DNA from: a virus
DNA: 37,379 bases
Strand: one strand, 5' to 3'
IMG/VR virus record: IMGVR_UViG_3300029936_000040
Location: 1-37,379 of that record
Part shown: positions 15,401-24,570 of the stretch, piece by piece
Layout: each line of letters starts with the position of its first letter
Position numbering within the stretch: position 1 is the first letter of the stretch
Translations under genes and position numbers: made by a program
Notes under the pieces: generated by a model
Database searches by the model: none
Told to the model about the DNA's origin: nothing
The model's input: the letters and a program-made list of their open reading frames with translations, nothing else

Positions 15401-16975
15401 ATGCCAGCCCTCGCCGTGACCGTTGCTGGACAGCCGTTCGACATGATGGGGTATGTCGCCGAGCAGTCAGTTTTCGGCCTGTTCTTCAAATCTGCATACG
15501 ATGCATTCAATTTCGAGAATAACGTGCTGACAAAAATCACCGACGCAGATTATCCAGGATGGAGCACGGTCACGCCGACAAGCATAACGCGAACTGGGTC
15601 GACTGCGACGGTCACGCTGCCTGCGCCAGTCAACTGGCAATCTGGATCGACCGTGACAATCGCTGGCGCTGCACAAGCTGAATACAACGGAAGCGTTCTG
15701 ATTACCGTCGCTGATGCGACGCACTTCACTTACGCAGTAACCGGGACTCCGACGACGCCGGCAACGGGCACGATAACCGCGAAGGGTGGGCGAACGACGG
15801 TGCCGGGCGTTGCCTACCTGGACGGATACTTCTTCGTCATGGACCAGAACGCCGTTATCTATAACAGCGGGCTGAATGACCCGACAGCATGGGGAGCGCT
15901 GGACTTCATAACGGCTGCGATCGAGCCTGGCGGCGGGGTGGCGCTGGCCAAGACGCAGAACTACATCGTCGCGTTCAAGGACTGGAGCACGGAATTTTTC
16001 TACGACGTCGGCAACCCAACGGGGTCCCCGCTGTCGCCGGTGCTGTCCGCGTTCACGCTGGTGGGTTGCGCTGTTGGCGAGTCGGTCGCGGAACTCGATG
16101 AGACGGTCTATTGGGTGTCGAAAGCTCGGCAGAAGGGCAGGGCGGTGCACAAGATGGTCGGCCTTCAACAGCAGCTTGTCAGCACGCCGGACATTGACCG
16201 CATCCTGGCAACGTCGGACCTATCGAGCGTCTACGCCTATGGCGTCAAGCTGTCCGGGCATTCGTTCTACATCTTGGGCCTGCGCGACATTGACGTGACG
16301 CTGGCCTATGACGCGACGGCTGGAACCTGGGCGCAATGGTCGAGCTTGACGGCGCAAACGCCGAAGTCATGCACGCTCACGCAGTCGGGCGGCGTGGCGA
16401 CCGCGGCATGCACGGCGCACGGCTACGCAGACGGGGCGGCGGTCACGATCGCGGGGGCAACGCCAAGCGACTACAACGGCTTGAAACAGATTCGCGTCAC
16501 ATCCGCAGACGCCTTCACATTCAGCATCGCCAGCGGCGCCGCAAGCCCGGCGACGGGCACGATTACGGCGACCGGGTACGATGAGGGATACTTCCGGTAT
16601 ACGCACTACGTGGCTGCGGCCGGGCGTGATCTGGTGCTGCACGAGACGACCGGCGCGCTTGTCGAAATCACGCCCGATGCCTATACCGACGACGGGGCGC
16701 CGATCGCGTTGAAGCTCCGCACAGGCAAGCTCGACAGCGGCAACGAGAATTACAAGGGCCTCGGCCAGATTCGCGTCATCGGCGAGAAGCAGGGCGGCGA
16801 GGCGATGCTGCGATGGTCGGACGACGACTACGCGACGAACTCGGCCTGCCGTCCTGTTGATCTGTCGTCGGTGCAGGCGCGCATTCGGCGGTGCGGGGCG
16901 TATCGGCGCAGAAGTTTTGAACTGCTACACGTCGCTGCGCTGCCGGTGCAGCTTGAAGCGCTCGAATTGGACTGA
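15401..16975 (+). CDS. Tail hub / DNA stabilisation protein (P22 gp10-like) with two inserted repeat modules
   Basis: YLDGYFFVMDQNAVIYNSGLNDPTAWGALDF...IVAFKDWSTEFFYDVGN, and a C-terminus RIRRCGAYRRRSFELLHVAALPVQLEALELD that parallels the P22 gp10 terminus (WKRVGRIRRLIGFKLRV...QIRLE). Confidence 0.65.
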   Translation: MPALAVTVAGQPFDMMGYVAEQSVFGLFFKSAYDAFNFENNVLTKITDADYPGWSTVTPTSITRTGSTATVTLPAPVNWQSGSTVTIAGAAQAEYNGSVLITVADATHFTYAVTGTPTTPATGTITAKGGRTTVPGVAYLDGYFFVMDQNAVIYNSGLNDPTAWGALDFITAAIEPGGGVALAKTQNYIVAFKDWSTEFFYDVGNPTGSPLSPVLSAFTLVGCAVGESVAELDETVYWVSKARQKGRAVHKMVGLQQQLVSTPDIDRILATSDLSSVYAYGVKLSGHSFYILGLRDIDVTLAYDATAGTWAQWSSLTAQTPKSCTLTQSGGVATAACTAHGYADGAAVTIAGATPSDYNGLKQIRVTSADAFTFSIASGAASPATGTITATGYDEGYFRYTHYVAAAGRDLVLHETTGALVEITPDAYTDDGAPIALKLRTGKLDSGNENYKGLGQIRVIGEKQGGEAMLRWSDDDYATNSACRPVDLSSVQARIRRCGAYRRRSFELLHVAALPVQLEALELD

Positions 16976-16984
16976 GAGGAAAAC

Positions 16985-17725
16985 ATGCAATCAGCGATGG
17001 ATTTTCACGGGCTCGGGGCGAAATACCCTGGCAGCGGCGGCGGGCTCGACGAAGCGGCGCAGGCGGCCGGCTATCGCGCGCTCGGCAACGGCAACTACAT
17101 CAACCAATCGCGATGGTGGGAAGCGCCGATAAGCGGCCAGGAGTTGCAAGGCAAGCTCGACGCGCAAGGCTTTGCGAAGCAGCAATCGAACCCGGCAAAC
17201 CTGATCGGCGGCACGGATTACCTCGCGCAGATTCAGCAGTACCTGAACCCGCAGGCATCGTCGGCAGCAGGTGGCGCGGCAAGCGGCACGCAAACGTCAA
17301 ACCCGTACGAACAGCGCCTGCAGCAGCTAGTCAATGACCCGAACTCGATCAGCGACAGCAATGCGTACAAGTTCCGCTTCAACCAGGGCCAGCAGGCGCT
17401 GGAGCGCGGCGCGGCAGCCAAGGGCATGCTTGGCAGCGGAAACACGCTGGCGGCGCTCGCGCAGTACGGGCAGGGGCTGGCATCGGACGAGTACGGGAAC
17501 GAGGTCAGCCGCCTGGGCGCGCTTTCCGGGCAGCGCGACCAGTACAACCTTGGCCTGAAGGGCCTTGCGAACAGCGAATACGGGCTGCGCGCAGGAACAG
17601 ACCAGAATCGAGGATCGCTTGCGCTTTCGGCGCTGACGACGGCGAATGACCAGAGACTGAAGGCGAACCAATTGGCTTCCAGCACGGCGACGTCAACCGG
17701 GCTCGTTCGCCCGAATATCTGGTAA
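16985..17725 (+). CDS. Ejection / DNA-transfer (internal virion) protein
   Basis: Gly/Gln/Ser-rich. It contains YKFRFNQGQQALERGAAAKGMLGSGNTLAALAQYGQGLASDEY, a motif common in podovirus internal proteins. It lies after the hub gene, like P22 genes 7/20/16. Confidence 0.55.
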   Translation: MQSAMDFHGLGAKYPGSGGGLDEAAQAAGYRALGNGNYINQSRWWEAPISGQELQGKLDAQGFAKQQSNPANLIGGTDYLAQIQQYLNPQASSAAGGAASGTQTSNPYEQRLQQLVNDPNSISDSNAYKFRFNQGQQALERGAAAKGMLGSGNTLAALAQYGQGLASDEYGNEVSRLGALSGQRDQYNLGLKGLANSEYGLRAGTDQNRGSLALSALTTANDQRLKANQLASSTATSTGLVRPNIW

Positions 17726-17734
17726 GGGGCGGCC

Positions 17735-18838
17735 ATGTACGACCAAGGTTCCATGGACAGAATCGGCCGACTGATGAGCTTGCGCGACCTCGTGACGGCC
17801 GGCCAGATGGCGCCCGACGCCGCTCCTTTGCCAATGAATACGCTGCGCAACAACACGACTGGCGCAGAGTATCAGTTCGAGTCCTCTCCGCAGGGCGGCG
17901 CGGGCCGGCAAAGCCCGCAGCTCGACTACTCGCAGCCGATCGAGATTTTCGGCCAAGGAAAGGGCTACGCGATCAAGGGCCAGCCGTTGTCGGCGATGAT
18001 CAACGGTCGGCGCGTTGATTACGGAGTAGATGACGCCGCCAGCAAGCTCGCGACGCAGCGCGCGCAGGACCTGGCCATGAAGCGCGCCGAGCAGCAGCAA
18101 GGTTTGGACTCTGGCGCGCTCGACATCGACAAGAAGCGGGTGGAACTTGCCGCGCTGAAATCGACGGGCGGCGCCAAGCCACTTACGGAGTCGCAAGGAA
18201 AGGCGGCCGGGTTTTCGCTTCGCGCAGAAGACGCCGACAACATTCTCCGCGGCCTTGGTAAAGAAGGGGGGGGGACCGGCACCGCTGCCGCCCTCCGCGA
18301 AGTTCCTGTGGTTGGCGGAGCGCTCGGCGACCTTGCGGAGTGGGGCGGCGACGTTTTGGGCGTGTCGGACACGCCGATGCCAGGGTCAATCAAGCGCGCA
18401 GCAGAGGCGGTTCCGTTTGTCGGGGACGGTCTTGGAACGCTCACGAACTGGACGCAAAGCGGCGCGCAGCAGCGAGCAGAACAGGCGCAGCGCAACTTCA
18501 TCAACGCTGTTTTGCGCCGAGAGTCTGGCGCCACAATTCAGCCTCCGGAATGGGACAACGCAAGAAAGCAGTATTTCCAGCAGCCTGACGACGCTCCGGA
18601 AACTGTGGCGCAAAAAGAAATGAATCGCCAAGCAACTATTGCGGCTATGAAAACAGAGTCCGGCCACGGCTACGAGCAGGCGCGCGCGGAATTCGAGGCG
18701 CGCAAGGCGGCCATTGCGGGCGGCAGGAAAGCCACGGCCGGCGCTGGCGGCAACACAGTAGCGCTGCCTGATGGTCAAGTGATGACCTTCCCGAGCGCGG
18801 CGCATGCGGACGGATTTCGGAAGGCGGCTGGTCTATGA
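17735..18838 (+). CDS. Ejection / internal virion protein
   Basis: 367 aa, called by position in the ejection-protein block. ATGA overlap with the next gene. Confidence 0.5.
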   Translation: MYDQGSMDRIGRLMSLRDLVTAGQMAPDAAPLPMNTLRNNTTGAEYQFESSPQGGAGRQSPQLDYSQPIEIFGQGKGYAIKGQPLSAMINGRRVDYGVDDAASKLATQRAQDLAMKRAEQQQGLDSGALDIDKKRVELAALKSTGGAKPLTESQGKAAGFSLRAEDADNILRGLGKEGGGTGTAAALREVPVVGGALGDLAEWGGDVLGVSDTPMPGSIKRAAEAVPFVGDGLGTLTNWTQSGAQQRAEQAQRNFINAVLRRESGATIQPPEWDNARKQYFQQPDDAPETVAQKEMNRQATIAAMKTESGHGYEQARAEFEARKAAIAGGRKATAGAGGNTVALPDGQVMTFPSAAHADGFRKAAGL

Positions 18839-20907
18839 GCGGATACGGAGACGTGGCAAAGCAGTTCGGCGGGCAGCCGGTAGCGCCTTCCGCGGCGCCG
18901 GAGCCAGACTACAGCGGACTGGCGGCAAAGTTCGGCGGCAAGGCCGACACGGCAAAGCAAGCAGCCACCGATGCCTATCAAGGGGCGGCCGACTGGTTCG
19001 CCGAGACGTTTGGCCCGAGCGGAAACCTCCGCGGCTCGGCAATCGGCGGCGTGATGCAAGGCATGGCTGACCCTGTTGTTGGAGCGGTGCAGTTCGCTGC
19101 AAATCTGCCAGGCATCCGGTCGTTGGCCGGCGATAGCGTGAATTCTGGAATCAAATCCAAAGAGGCAGAGTACGAAGCTGCTCGGGCCAGCGCTGGCCGC
19201 GACGGGTTCGACGCTGCGCGATTCGCCGGAAACCTCGCAGCGCCGAGTAATGTAGCGCTCGCTTCGCGCATCCCGGCCGCGGCTGGATTCATTGGTCGGG
19301 CCGGAACAGGCGCAGCGGCCGGCGCAGTCGGCGCGGCAATGACACCCGAAACCGACACGGAAAACTATTGGAGCAAGACGGCCGGGAAGGCTGCCGTTGG
19401 CGGCGCCGCTGGGGCTGTGCTGGCGCCCGTTGCCGGCGCAGTAGGGGATAGGATCGGGCGCATGTTTCAAGGCTCTGGCGCCCCTCCTGCGGGAGGCCTT
19501 CCGCCGATTGCCGGAGCGCCAGGCACGCACGCTGCAGACGAGGCCATCGCACGCGCTGCCGCGGAGGCAGGCCAGACGATTGACGACATCCCGCAGTCGG
19601 TCTTGTACCAGCTCCGCGCACAGGCGCAACATGCGCTGTCGCAGAATCAGGTGCTCGACACGGCTGCCGCGCTGCGGAAGGCAGATTTTGAGGCGCTTGG
19701 GCAACAGCCGTTGCTCGGGCAGATCACGCGCGATCCGATGCAGTTCGCCCGCGAGAAGAATCTGCGCGGCATTGCTGGCGCAGGGGAGCCGATCGCGGCG
19801 CGCCTTGCGGGGCAGACCGAGGGCTTGAGCCGCACGCTTGGCGGTTTCGCGCAGGGGGCGGATGAGGCTTTCGCAGGTGGGCAGAAGATTGCCAGCGGCT
19901 TGGGCTCGATTGATGCGCGCGCTCGCAGCGCGGTCGATGATGCCTACAACGCGGCGCGCGACTCTGCCGGTCGCCATGTCGAATTGGACAATGTGGGGTT
20001 CGTGAAATCGGCGAATGATGCGCTTGATGAGGGAATGCTTGGTCATTACCTTCCGGATCAGGTGCGCAACATGCTCAACGACGTGTCGACGGGGAAAATC
20101 CCGCTGAACGTGAATACGGCGGTGCAGATGGATTCGGTTCTGTCGGCAGCGCAGCGCGGCGCACTGCCGGCAGAGCGAAAGGCGCTCGGCGCTGTCCGTG
20201 ATGCGCTCAATAACGCAACCCCGGCAAACAACACTGGCGCCGATGCGCTGGCAGCATTCCAAGGCGCGCGCAAACTAGCCGCGGAGCGCTTCAAGCTGCA
20301 CGAGGCGATCCCGGCATTGAAAGCAGCCGCCAACGGCGACGTGCCGGCAGACGACTTCGTGCGTAAATTCGTCATCAACGGCGACGCGCTCGAACTGCGT
20401 GGCATGGCCAAGCTGCTGAAAGAGCATGCACCGGAGGCGTATCAGCAGGCGCGCGCGCAGGTCGGCGCCGAGCTTCGCCGGGCTGGATTCGGCGAGAACA
20501 TCGCGGGAGACAAGCCGTTTTCTCAGGAGCGGTTCAACGCCAAGCTGCGGCAGATGGGAACGGCCAGGCTTCAGGCGTTTTTTTCTCCCGAGGAGATTGC
20601 GACACTGCGCGCAGCCGGAAGGGTCGGCGCGTACATGGAAAGCCCGCCAGCGGGATCGGCGGTGAACTTCAGCAACTCCGGGTCGGCGGTGGCCAACGTC
20701 GCGCAAGCGGCGGCGCCCGGCATCCTCGGGCAGATTGTCGGAGGGGCGAGATGGGCCGCAAGGGCCGCCGGAAATAACGCCGCGGTCGGAAAGGCCATGC
20801 GCGCGGATGTGCCGGGAGCCGCCAGCGGATCGCCGCGCAAGTCGCAGCGCCTGAACGAACTGTTGCTGCTTGGCAGCGCCGGGGCGGGGGCTGCCGCCGG
20901 GCGCTAG
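18835..20907 (+). CDS. Large ejection / DNA-transfer protein
   Basis: 690 aa with Gly/Ala-rich hydrophobic stretches (GAAAGAVGAAM, AAVGGAAGAVLAPVAGAVG). It is the last of three internal-protein genes before the tail fiber. Confidence 0.55.
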   Translation: MSGYGDVAKQFGGQPVAPSAAPEPDYSGLAAKFGGKADTAKQAATDAYQGAADWFAETFGPSGNLRGSAIGGVMQGMADPVVGAVQFAANLPGIRSLAGDSVNSGIKSKEAEYEAARASAGRDGFDAARFAGNLAAPSNVALASRIPAAAGFIGRAGTGAAAGAVGAAMTPETDTENYWSKTAGKAAVGGAAGAVLAPVAGAVGDRIGRMFQGSGAPPAGGLPPIAGAPGTHAADEAIARAAAEAGQTIDDIPQSVLYQLRAQAQHALSQNQVLDTAAALRKADFEALGQQPLLGQITRDPMQFAREKNLRGIAGAGEPIAARLAGQTEGLSRTLGGFAQGADEAFAGGQKIASGLGSIDARARSAVDDAYNAARDSAGRHVELDNVGFVKSANDALDEGMLGHYLPDQVRNMLNDVSTGKIPLNVNTAVQMDSVLSAAQRGALPAERKALGAVRDALNNATPANNTGADALAAFQGARKLAAERFKLHEAIPALKAAANGDVPADDFVRKFVINGDALELRGMAKLLKEHAPEAYQQARAQVGAELRRAGFGENIAGDKPFSQERFNAKLRQMGTARLQAFFSPEEIATLRAAGRVGAYMESPPAGSAVNFSNSGSAVANVAQAAAPGILGQIVGGARWAARAAGNNAAVGKAMRADVPGAASGSPRKSQRLNELLLLGSAGAGAAAGR

Positions 20908-21068
20908 GTTCCGTCCTTCTTCCTGCGGCGCTCCTCTCGTTTCTGCTCCTGATACCAGTGCGCGTCGTCGTTGAGCGAGTTGCCGGTCAAGATGCGATAC
21001 AGAGCGTGCACCACGACACCAAGAACGAAGACGATCGCCAGACGAATGAAAACATGCTCCCAGTTCAT
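20904..21068 (-). CDS. Small single-pass membrane protein (54 aa) antisense to the late operon
   Basis: My own translation is MNWEHVFIRLAIVFVLGVVVHALYRILTGNSLNDDAHWYQEQKREERRRKKDGT. It fills the only 184-nt gap in the virion block. Its stop shares the CTAG with the converging gene. A TACAAT -10-like hexamer lies at 21106-21101. The SD is weak. Confidence 0.45.
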   Translation of the reverse strand: MNWEHVFIRLAIVFVLGVVVHALYRILTGNSLNDDAHWYQEQKREERRRKKDGT

Positions 21069-21091
21069 GGGCTTGCCTGCGAGGTAGAAAA

Positions 21092-21997
21092 GTGACGGTC
21101 ATTGTATCCCCGCCAGTGCCGAAATCAGACCAGAGGTTTGACGACTGGATGTATTTGTTCTGGAAACGAGTATTCGAGGCGATTTCTAGCGCCGGAGTAG
21201 GGTCGGTGGACCTAACGGATTACGCGTACCTTCCTGGGCGAGTTGGCGGGCAGCTTCTTCGCGGCGGAGCAGATAATGACGATGCGCTAACCCTTCAAGG
21301 AACTGCGGGAACGAGCGAAGATACGGCAGATGCAATTCTGCTGAAAACTGGCACCGCAGGCGACCATACGGCCGTCAAGGTTCGCGGAGACGGAGCCGTT
21401 GCAATAAACGGCGACTACGATGGAGCGTATGGCATGCCTACATCGATAAGCGGCGGCGCGCTGTTCCGTGGCGGAGACGGAGAGATTGGAATGCTCAGCG
21501 TTACCACAGACACTGTGGCAGCCGGGTTTTTTAATCTCGGCGCGTATGTGGTTAATATAGGCCAGAACGCCACCCAAACAAGCAACATCGGCTCCGGGGC
21601 CTTGCTTTCTATCTATAAAAATCAAGACATGAACGGATACGACAATCTCGCAGGGATGATTGACCTTCATGACAGCCCGTCTGGAACAGGAGACAGAACC
21701 AACGTCACGGTAAACATAAAAATCGACAGCATAATAAGGGCGCGCTTGTACCCAAGAATTCCAGACGGGACGATAGGCGAGGCGTATATGTTTGACACGA
21801 AAACCGAAATCACGCAGACGGATACCAAGCTATTTGCAATCAAAAACTCAGGCGTCACAAGGTTTTCAGTGGACTGCAATGGCATGCTATTTTGTGACAG
21901 CATTCCAGAGTACGCCGACAACGCAGACGCGTTATCTGACGGCCTTGTTGTAGGAAATGTCTACCACACAGGCGGCACCATGAAGATCGTCATCTGA
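21092..21997 (+). CDS. Tail fiber / receptor-binding protein
   Basis: GTG start with GAGGT 6 nt upstream. GC is lower than the genome average. The middle is Gly/Thr/Asn-rich and beta-type. The C-terminus is EYADNADALSDGLVVGNVYHTGGTMKIVI. It occupies the terminal position in the virion block. Confidence 0.6.
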   Translation: MTVIVSPPVPKSDQRFDDWMYLFWKRVFEAISSAGVGSVDLTDYAYLPGRVGGQLLRGGADNDDALTLQGTAGTSEDTADAILLKTGTAGDHTAVKVRGDGAVAINGDYDGAYGMPTSISGGALFRGGDGEIGMLSVTTDTVAAGFFNLGAYVVNIGQNATQTSNIGSGALLSIYKNQDMNGYDNLAGMIDLHDSPSGTGDRTNVTVNIKIDSIIRARLYPRIPDGTIGEAYMFDTKTEITQTDTKLFAIKNSGVTRFSVDCNGMLFCDSIPEYADNADALSDGLVVGNVYHTGGTMKIVI

Positions 21998-22479
21998 TGA
22001 CAAACGAGCAGGAGGAAAAGCATCGCACATTGACGGCGCGCGTCAATGCTCTTTCTGACGACGTCGACAGGTTTCGGGCAGAGCTTTGCAAGGTCGCCGA
22101 CCGCGCAGAGCAGGCAGACCGAAAGCTCGCTGACGAAATGGCTGACGCTCTTGTAAAAGTTCACGACAAGCTCGACCAGACCATAGCGCAGCAGGCGGCC
22201 AGGCACGCCGATCAGGCAATCCAGATGTCACGGCTGCAGTCGTCTATTGACAAGCTCGACATGGACTTGAAAGAGCCGATGGAGGCATGGAAAACGGCCA
22301 AGTACGGTTCAAAAGCGGCCTCATTCTTGGCGTCCATTGCTCGGTCTATAGGTCCTATTGTAGTCGCCGTTGTTGTCGGAATCGGTGCGCTGCAGACGAA
22401 AATGCTGGTTGACATCAAGACTGAAATCAAGCCTGACGTAAAAACAACAAGCAGCGCAGCAAGGGCGGGCGGAGAATGA
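21997..22479 (+). CDS. Coiled-coil protein with a C-terminal transmembrane helix (holin-like candidate)
   Basis: ATGA coupling. The N-terminus is a coiled coil. The TM segment is AASFLASIARSIGPIVVAVVVGIGAL. Confidence 0.5.
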   Translation: MTNEQEEKHRTLTARVNALSDDVDRFRAELCKVADRAEQADRKLADEMADALVKVHDKLDQTIAQQAARHADQAIQMSRLQSSIDKLDMDLKEPMEAWKTAKYGSKAASFLASIARSIGPIVVAVVVGIGALQTKMLVDIKTEIKPDVKTTSSAARAGGE

Positions 22480-23111
22480 AGCCGCTCTTCTATGGGATAC
22501 TGATTGGCCTGTGCCTTGCCGTGCTTCCGATCATCGCATCGGCAGAAGGCGCCCCGCAAGGCTTGAATGCCGGCGCCTTGGCCGCTTCGGCGGCCTCGGC
22601 CGGAGCGTCGGCCGGGGTGTCAGTGAAAACGGCGCAGACGGCCGAGCAGCAGGTCGCAGTAATAGTGAATCAGCCGGCGCCCGCGGCATCTGGTGGCGGC
22701 GGCAAGACGACAACGCTGCGCACCGTGCCAGACGCCTACGCGCCGACGATGAACGCCACTGCCCCTTGCCGGATATCGGTATCGGCCGGCGTTGCGGTGA
22801 TCGGCATCGGGGTGTCGGGTGGCGGGAGCGTTGAGGACGATCCGTGCAACCTTCGCGAGACTGCGCGCCTGCTCGATGGGATCGGGCAGCGGGAAGCGGC
22901 GGCGCGATTGATGTGCAATGACGCGCGAGCAGCGGCGGCGCTTGGCGCTACCGTTTGTCCGTCGACCGGCGGCCAAAAGCGGTCCGGAATCTCTGCAGCG
23001 GTAGGCGCAGATAATCCATATACGGAAGCGGGAGCTGAGCCAATCTGCGATCAGGCGGCCCGGTTCGACGATCCTGTGTTAGCGGCTCGGAATGGGTGCC
23101 CTGGCTGGTAG
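22476..23111 (+). CDS. Secreted or periplasmic Cys-containing protein (211 aa)
   Basis: N-terminal signal peptide MKPLFYGILIGLCLAVLPIIASA/EG. An Ala/Gly-rich linker follows, then a C-terminal region with 6 Cys. Confidence 0.6.
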   Translation: MKPLFYGILIGLCLAVLPIIASAEGAPQGLNAGALAASAASAGASAGVSVKTAQTAEQQVAVIVNQPAPAASGGGGKTTTLRTVPDAYAPTMNATAPCRISVSAGVAVIGIGVSGGGSVEDDPCNLRETARLLDGIGQREAAARLMCNDARAAAALGATVCPSTGGQKRSGISAAVGADNPYTEAGAEPICDQAARFDDPVLAARNGCPGW

Positions 23112-23469
23112 CAGTGCAAGAAACGCTATGCCCGCACTTTTCGCACTTCATACAGCCCACCAGGTTCGCTCGTTCTGACGTCGATACAGTAACCACACTT
23201 CCGCCGATGAAGTCTGGCGATCCTGTCGTTGTGTTTTCGAGAGCGATGCCAGGAAACATCTTTCCGCCGCACTTGCGACAGGATCGAGTCGTGAAAAGAC
23301 CTGCCCCTCCGATGCTCTCTATCACGCCCTGCGCAAAGTCTGCGAGCAAATCCAGCCGGCGCCGCATGCTCTTGCTCTCATCTCCACCAGGAGGGGCGAT
23401 GGCAAGAAGCTTGCCAAGCATGCTCTTGTGCGCCAGTGCGCGGACTGTCTCTAGCCATTCGCTGGTCAT
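22948..23469 (-). CDS. Zinc-ribbon protein; the 3' ~160 nt overlap the converging gene
   Basis: ATG 23469 (MTSEWLETV...) is coupled (ATGA) to the upstream gene. It has CRKCGG ... CMKCEKCGH. No stop codon occurs until 22948, so the tail runs antisense through 22476-23111. Confidence 0.5.
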   Translation of the reverse strand: MTSEWLETVRALAHKSMLGKLLAIAPPGGDESKSMRRRLDLLADFAQGVIESIGGAGLFTTRSCRKCGGKMFPGIALENTTTGSPDFIGGSVVTVSTSERANLVGCMKCEKCGHSVSCTATSQGTHSEPLTQDRRTGPPDRRLAQLPLPYMDYLRLPLQRFRTAFGRRSTDKR

Positions 23470-23663
23470 CCCGTCACCTTCCTTCCGATCTGGTCGGCAA
23501 TCCTGCGGCGCTCTGCGGTCAGCGCCATAATTCGCTTGATGTCGCCAGCAAGTCGCAATCCATGACACGAGGCGCAAACCTTGTTGATCAGCCTGCCGAC
23601 GCACTCGCGGTCTGGCACCGTTGCCGGCTTTACTCCGCATATCTGACACATTTTTTTAGCCAT
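23466..23663 (-). CDS. Small Cys-rich protein (65 aa)
   Basis: MAKKMCQICGVKP...CASCHG. AAGGA sits 8 nt upstream of ATG 23663. Confidence 0.6.
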   Translation of the reverse strand: MAKKMCQICGVKPATVPDRECVGRLINKVCASCHGLRLAGDIKRIMALTAERRRIADQIGRKVTG

Positions 23664-23913
23664 TTTGCATTCCTTCGATGTTTTGTGTGGCGCCATTCTC
23701 GCGCAGGTCGCGCACAGAAATCTCAAAGCGCGGCTTTCCGCCCGCAAAAACGACAACAGGCTTTTTACTTGCCAAGGCGTGCTCTGCAACTGCGGCACAA
23801 GCGCTGCCGGTTACATCCTCTTTCCCTTCTCGCCAATAAAGACCATTTTTTGTTACCCGCCCTGCGAAAATGCGATTCGTTAGCGGGCTGACGCCTACGT
23901 GAAGCTTGTTCAT
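23656..23913 (-). CDS. Hypothetical protein (85 aa)
   Basis: Track ORF MNKLHVGVSPLTNRIFAGRVTKNG..., in the same-strand operon. Confidence 0.6.
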   Translation of the reverse strand: MNKLHVGVSPLTNRIFAGRVTKNGLYWREGKEDVTGSACAAVAEHALASKKPVVVFAGGKPRFEISVRDLRENGATQNIEGMQNG

Positions 23914-23936
23914 TTCATCACCTTTGCAATTTGCTG

Positions 23937-24173
23937 TTAGGATTCTGCTATCACAGGAACGTTGCTCAGAGCCACCCCCAGCGACACTCTAATCATCGTC
24001 GCTGAAGCCTCCATTCCTCTGGCTTCACAATTTATCCTATCTGCGTCTCGCGCGTGCGTGTCGGCCTCTCTGCGAAGCCTGGCCGCTTCGTTGTCCATAT
24101 CAACCAGGGTTGATGCTATCTGGCGAGCGTCGATATCAACGCGCGCCCTCATGCTAAGTTCGTCAAGCTTCAT
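23937..24173 (-). CDS. Hypothetical protein (78 aa)
   Basis: GAGAGG sits 6 nt upstream of ATG 24173. ATG 24179 is also in frame. Confidence 0.55.
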   Translation of the reverse strand: MKLDELSMRARVDIDARQIASTLVDMDNEAARLRREADTHARDADRINCEARGMEASATMIRVSLGVALSNVPVIAES

Positions 24174-24213
24174 TTCCATCCTCTCGTCATGTCCTGCAGT
24201 TAGGAATCCGACG

Positions 24214-24570
24214 TCACCAGTAATTCGCGCTGACCAGTATCTCGGCGCTGCAATTGTGCTTTTCGCACACCGCTTTTGCCCACTCATCTAACGCAACCTT
24301 TTGCGCCTCAAGGTCGCCCCACTTGATCGTTTCGCCGTATCCGTACGTCACCAGAGAGAAGACGTAGATCGTTCCTTCTGGCAGTCCGAGTTGATTGTCT
24401 TGGTCGTAGTCATCTTCCATGACTCCGTGCTGGTGGTAGTTTTTCCCGCCAATATTGAACGACCCGTCACTATCAATTTTGGCGTCTTCCAGGATCGCCC
24501 GGTACGTCTTTCTTGCTAGACCGTCCGGGGTTAGCGCCAAGATCAGCATTGCGTTTGGGTGACAACTCAT
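24214..24570 (-). CDS. Hypothetical protein (118 aa), att-proximal accessory gene
   Basis: GAGAGGA RBS lies upstream of ATG 24570. GC is lower than the genome average. Confidence 0.6.
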   Translation of the reverse strand: MSCHPNAMLILALTPDGLARKTYRAILEDAKIDSDGSFNIGGKNYHQHGVMEDDYDQDNQLGLPEGTIYVFSLVTYGYGETIKWGDLEAQKVALDEWAKAVCEKHNCSAEILVSANYW

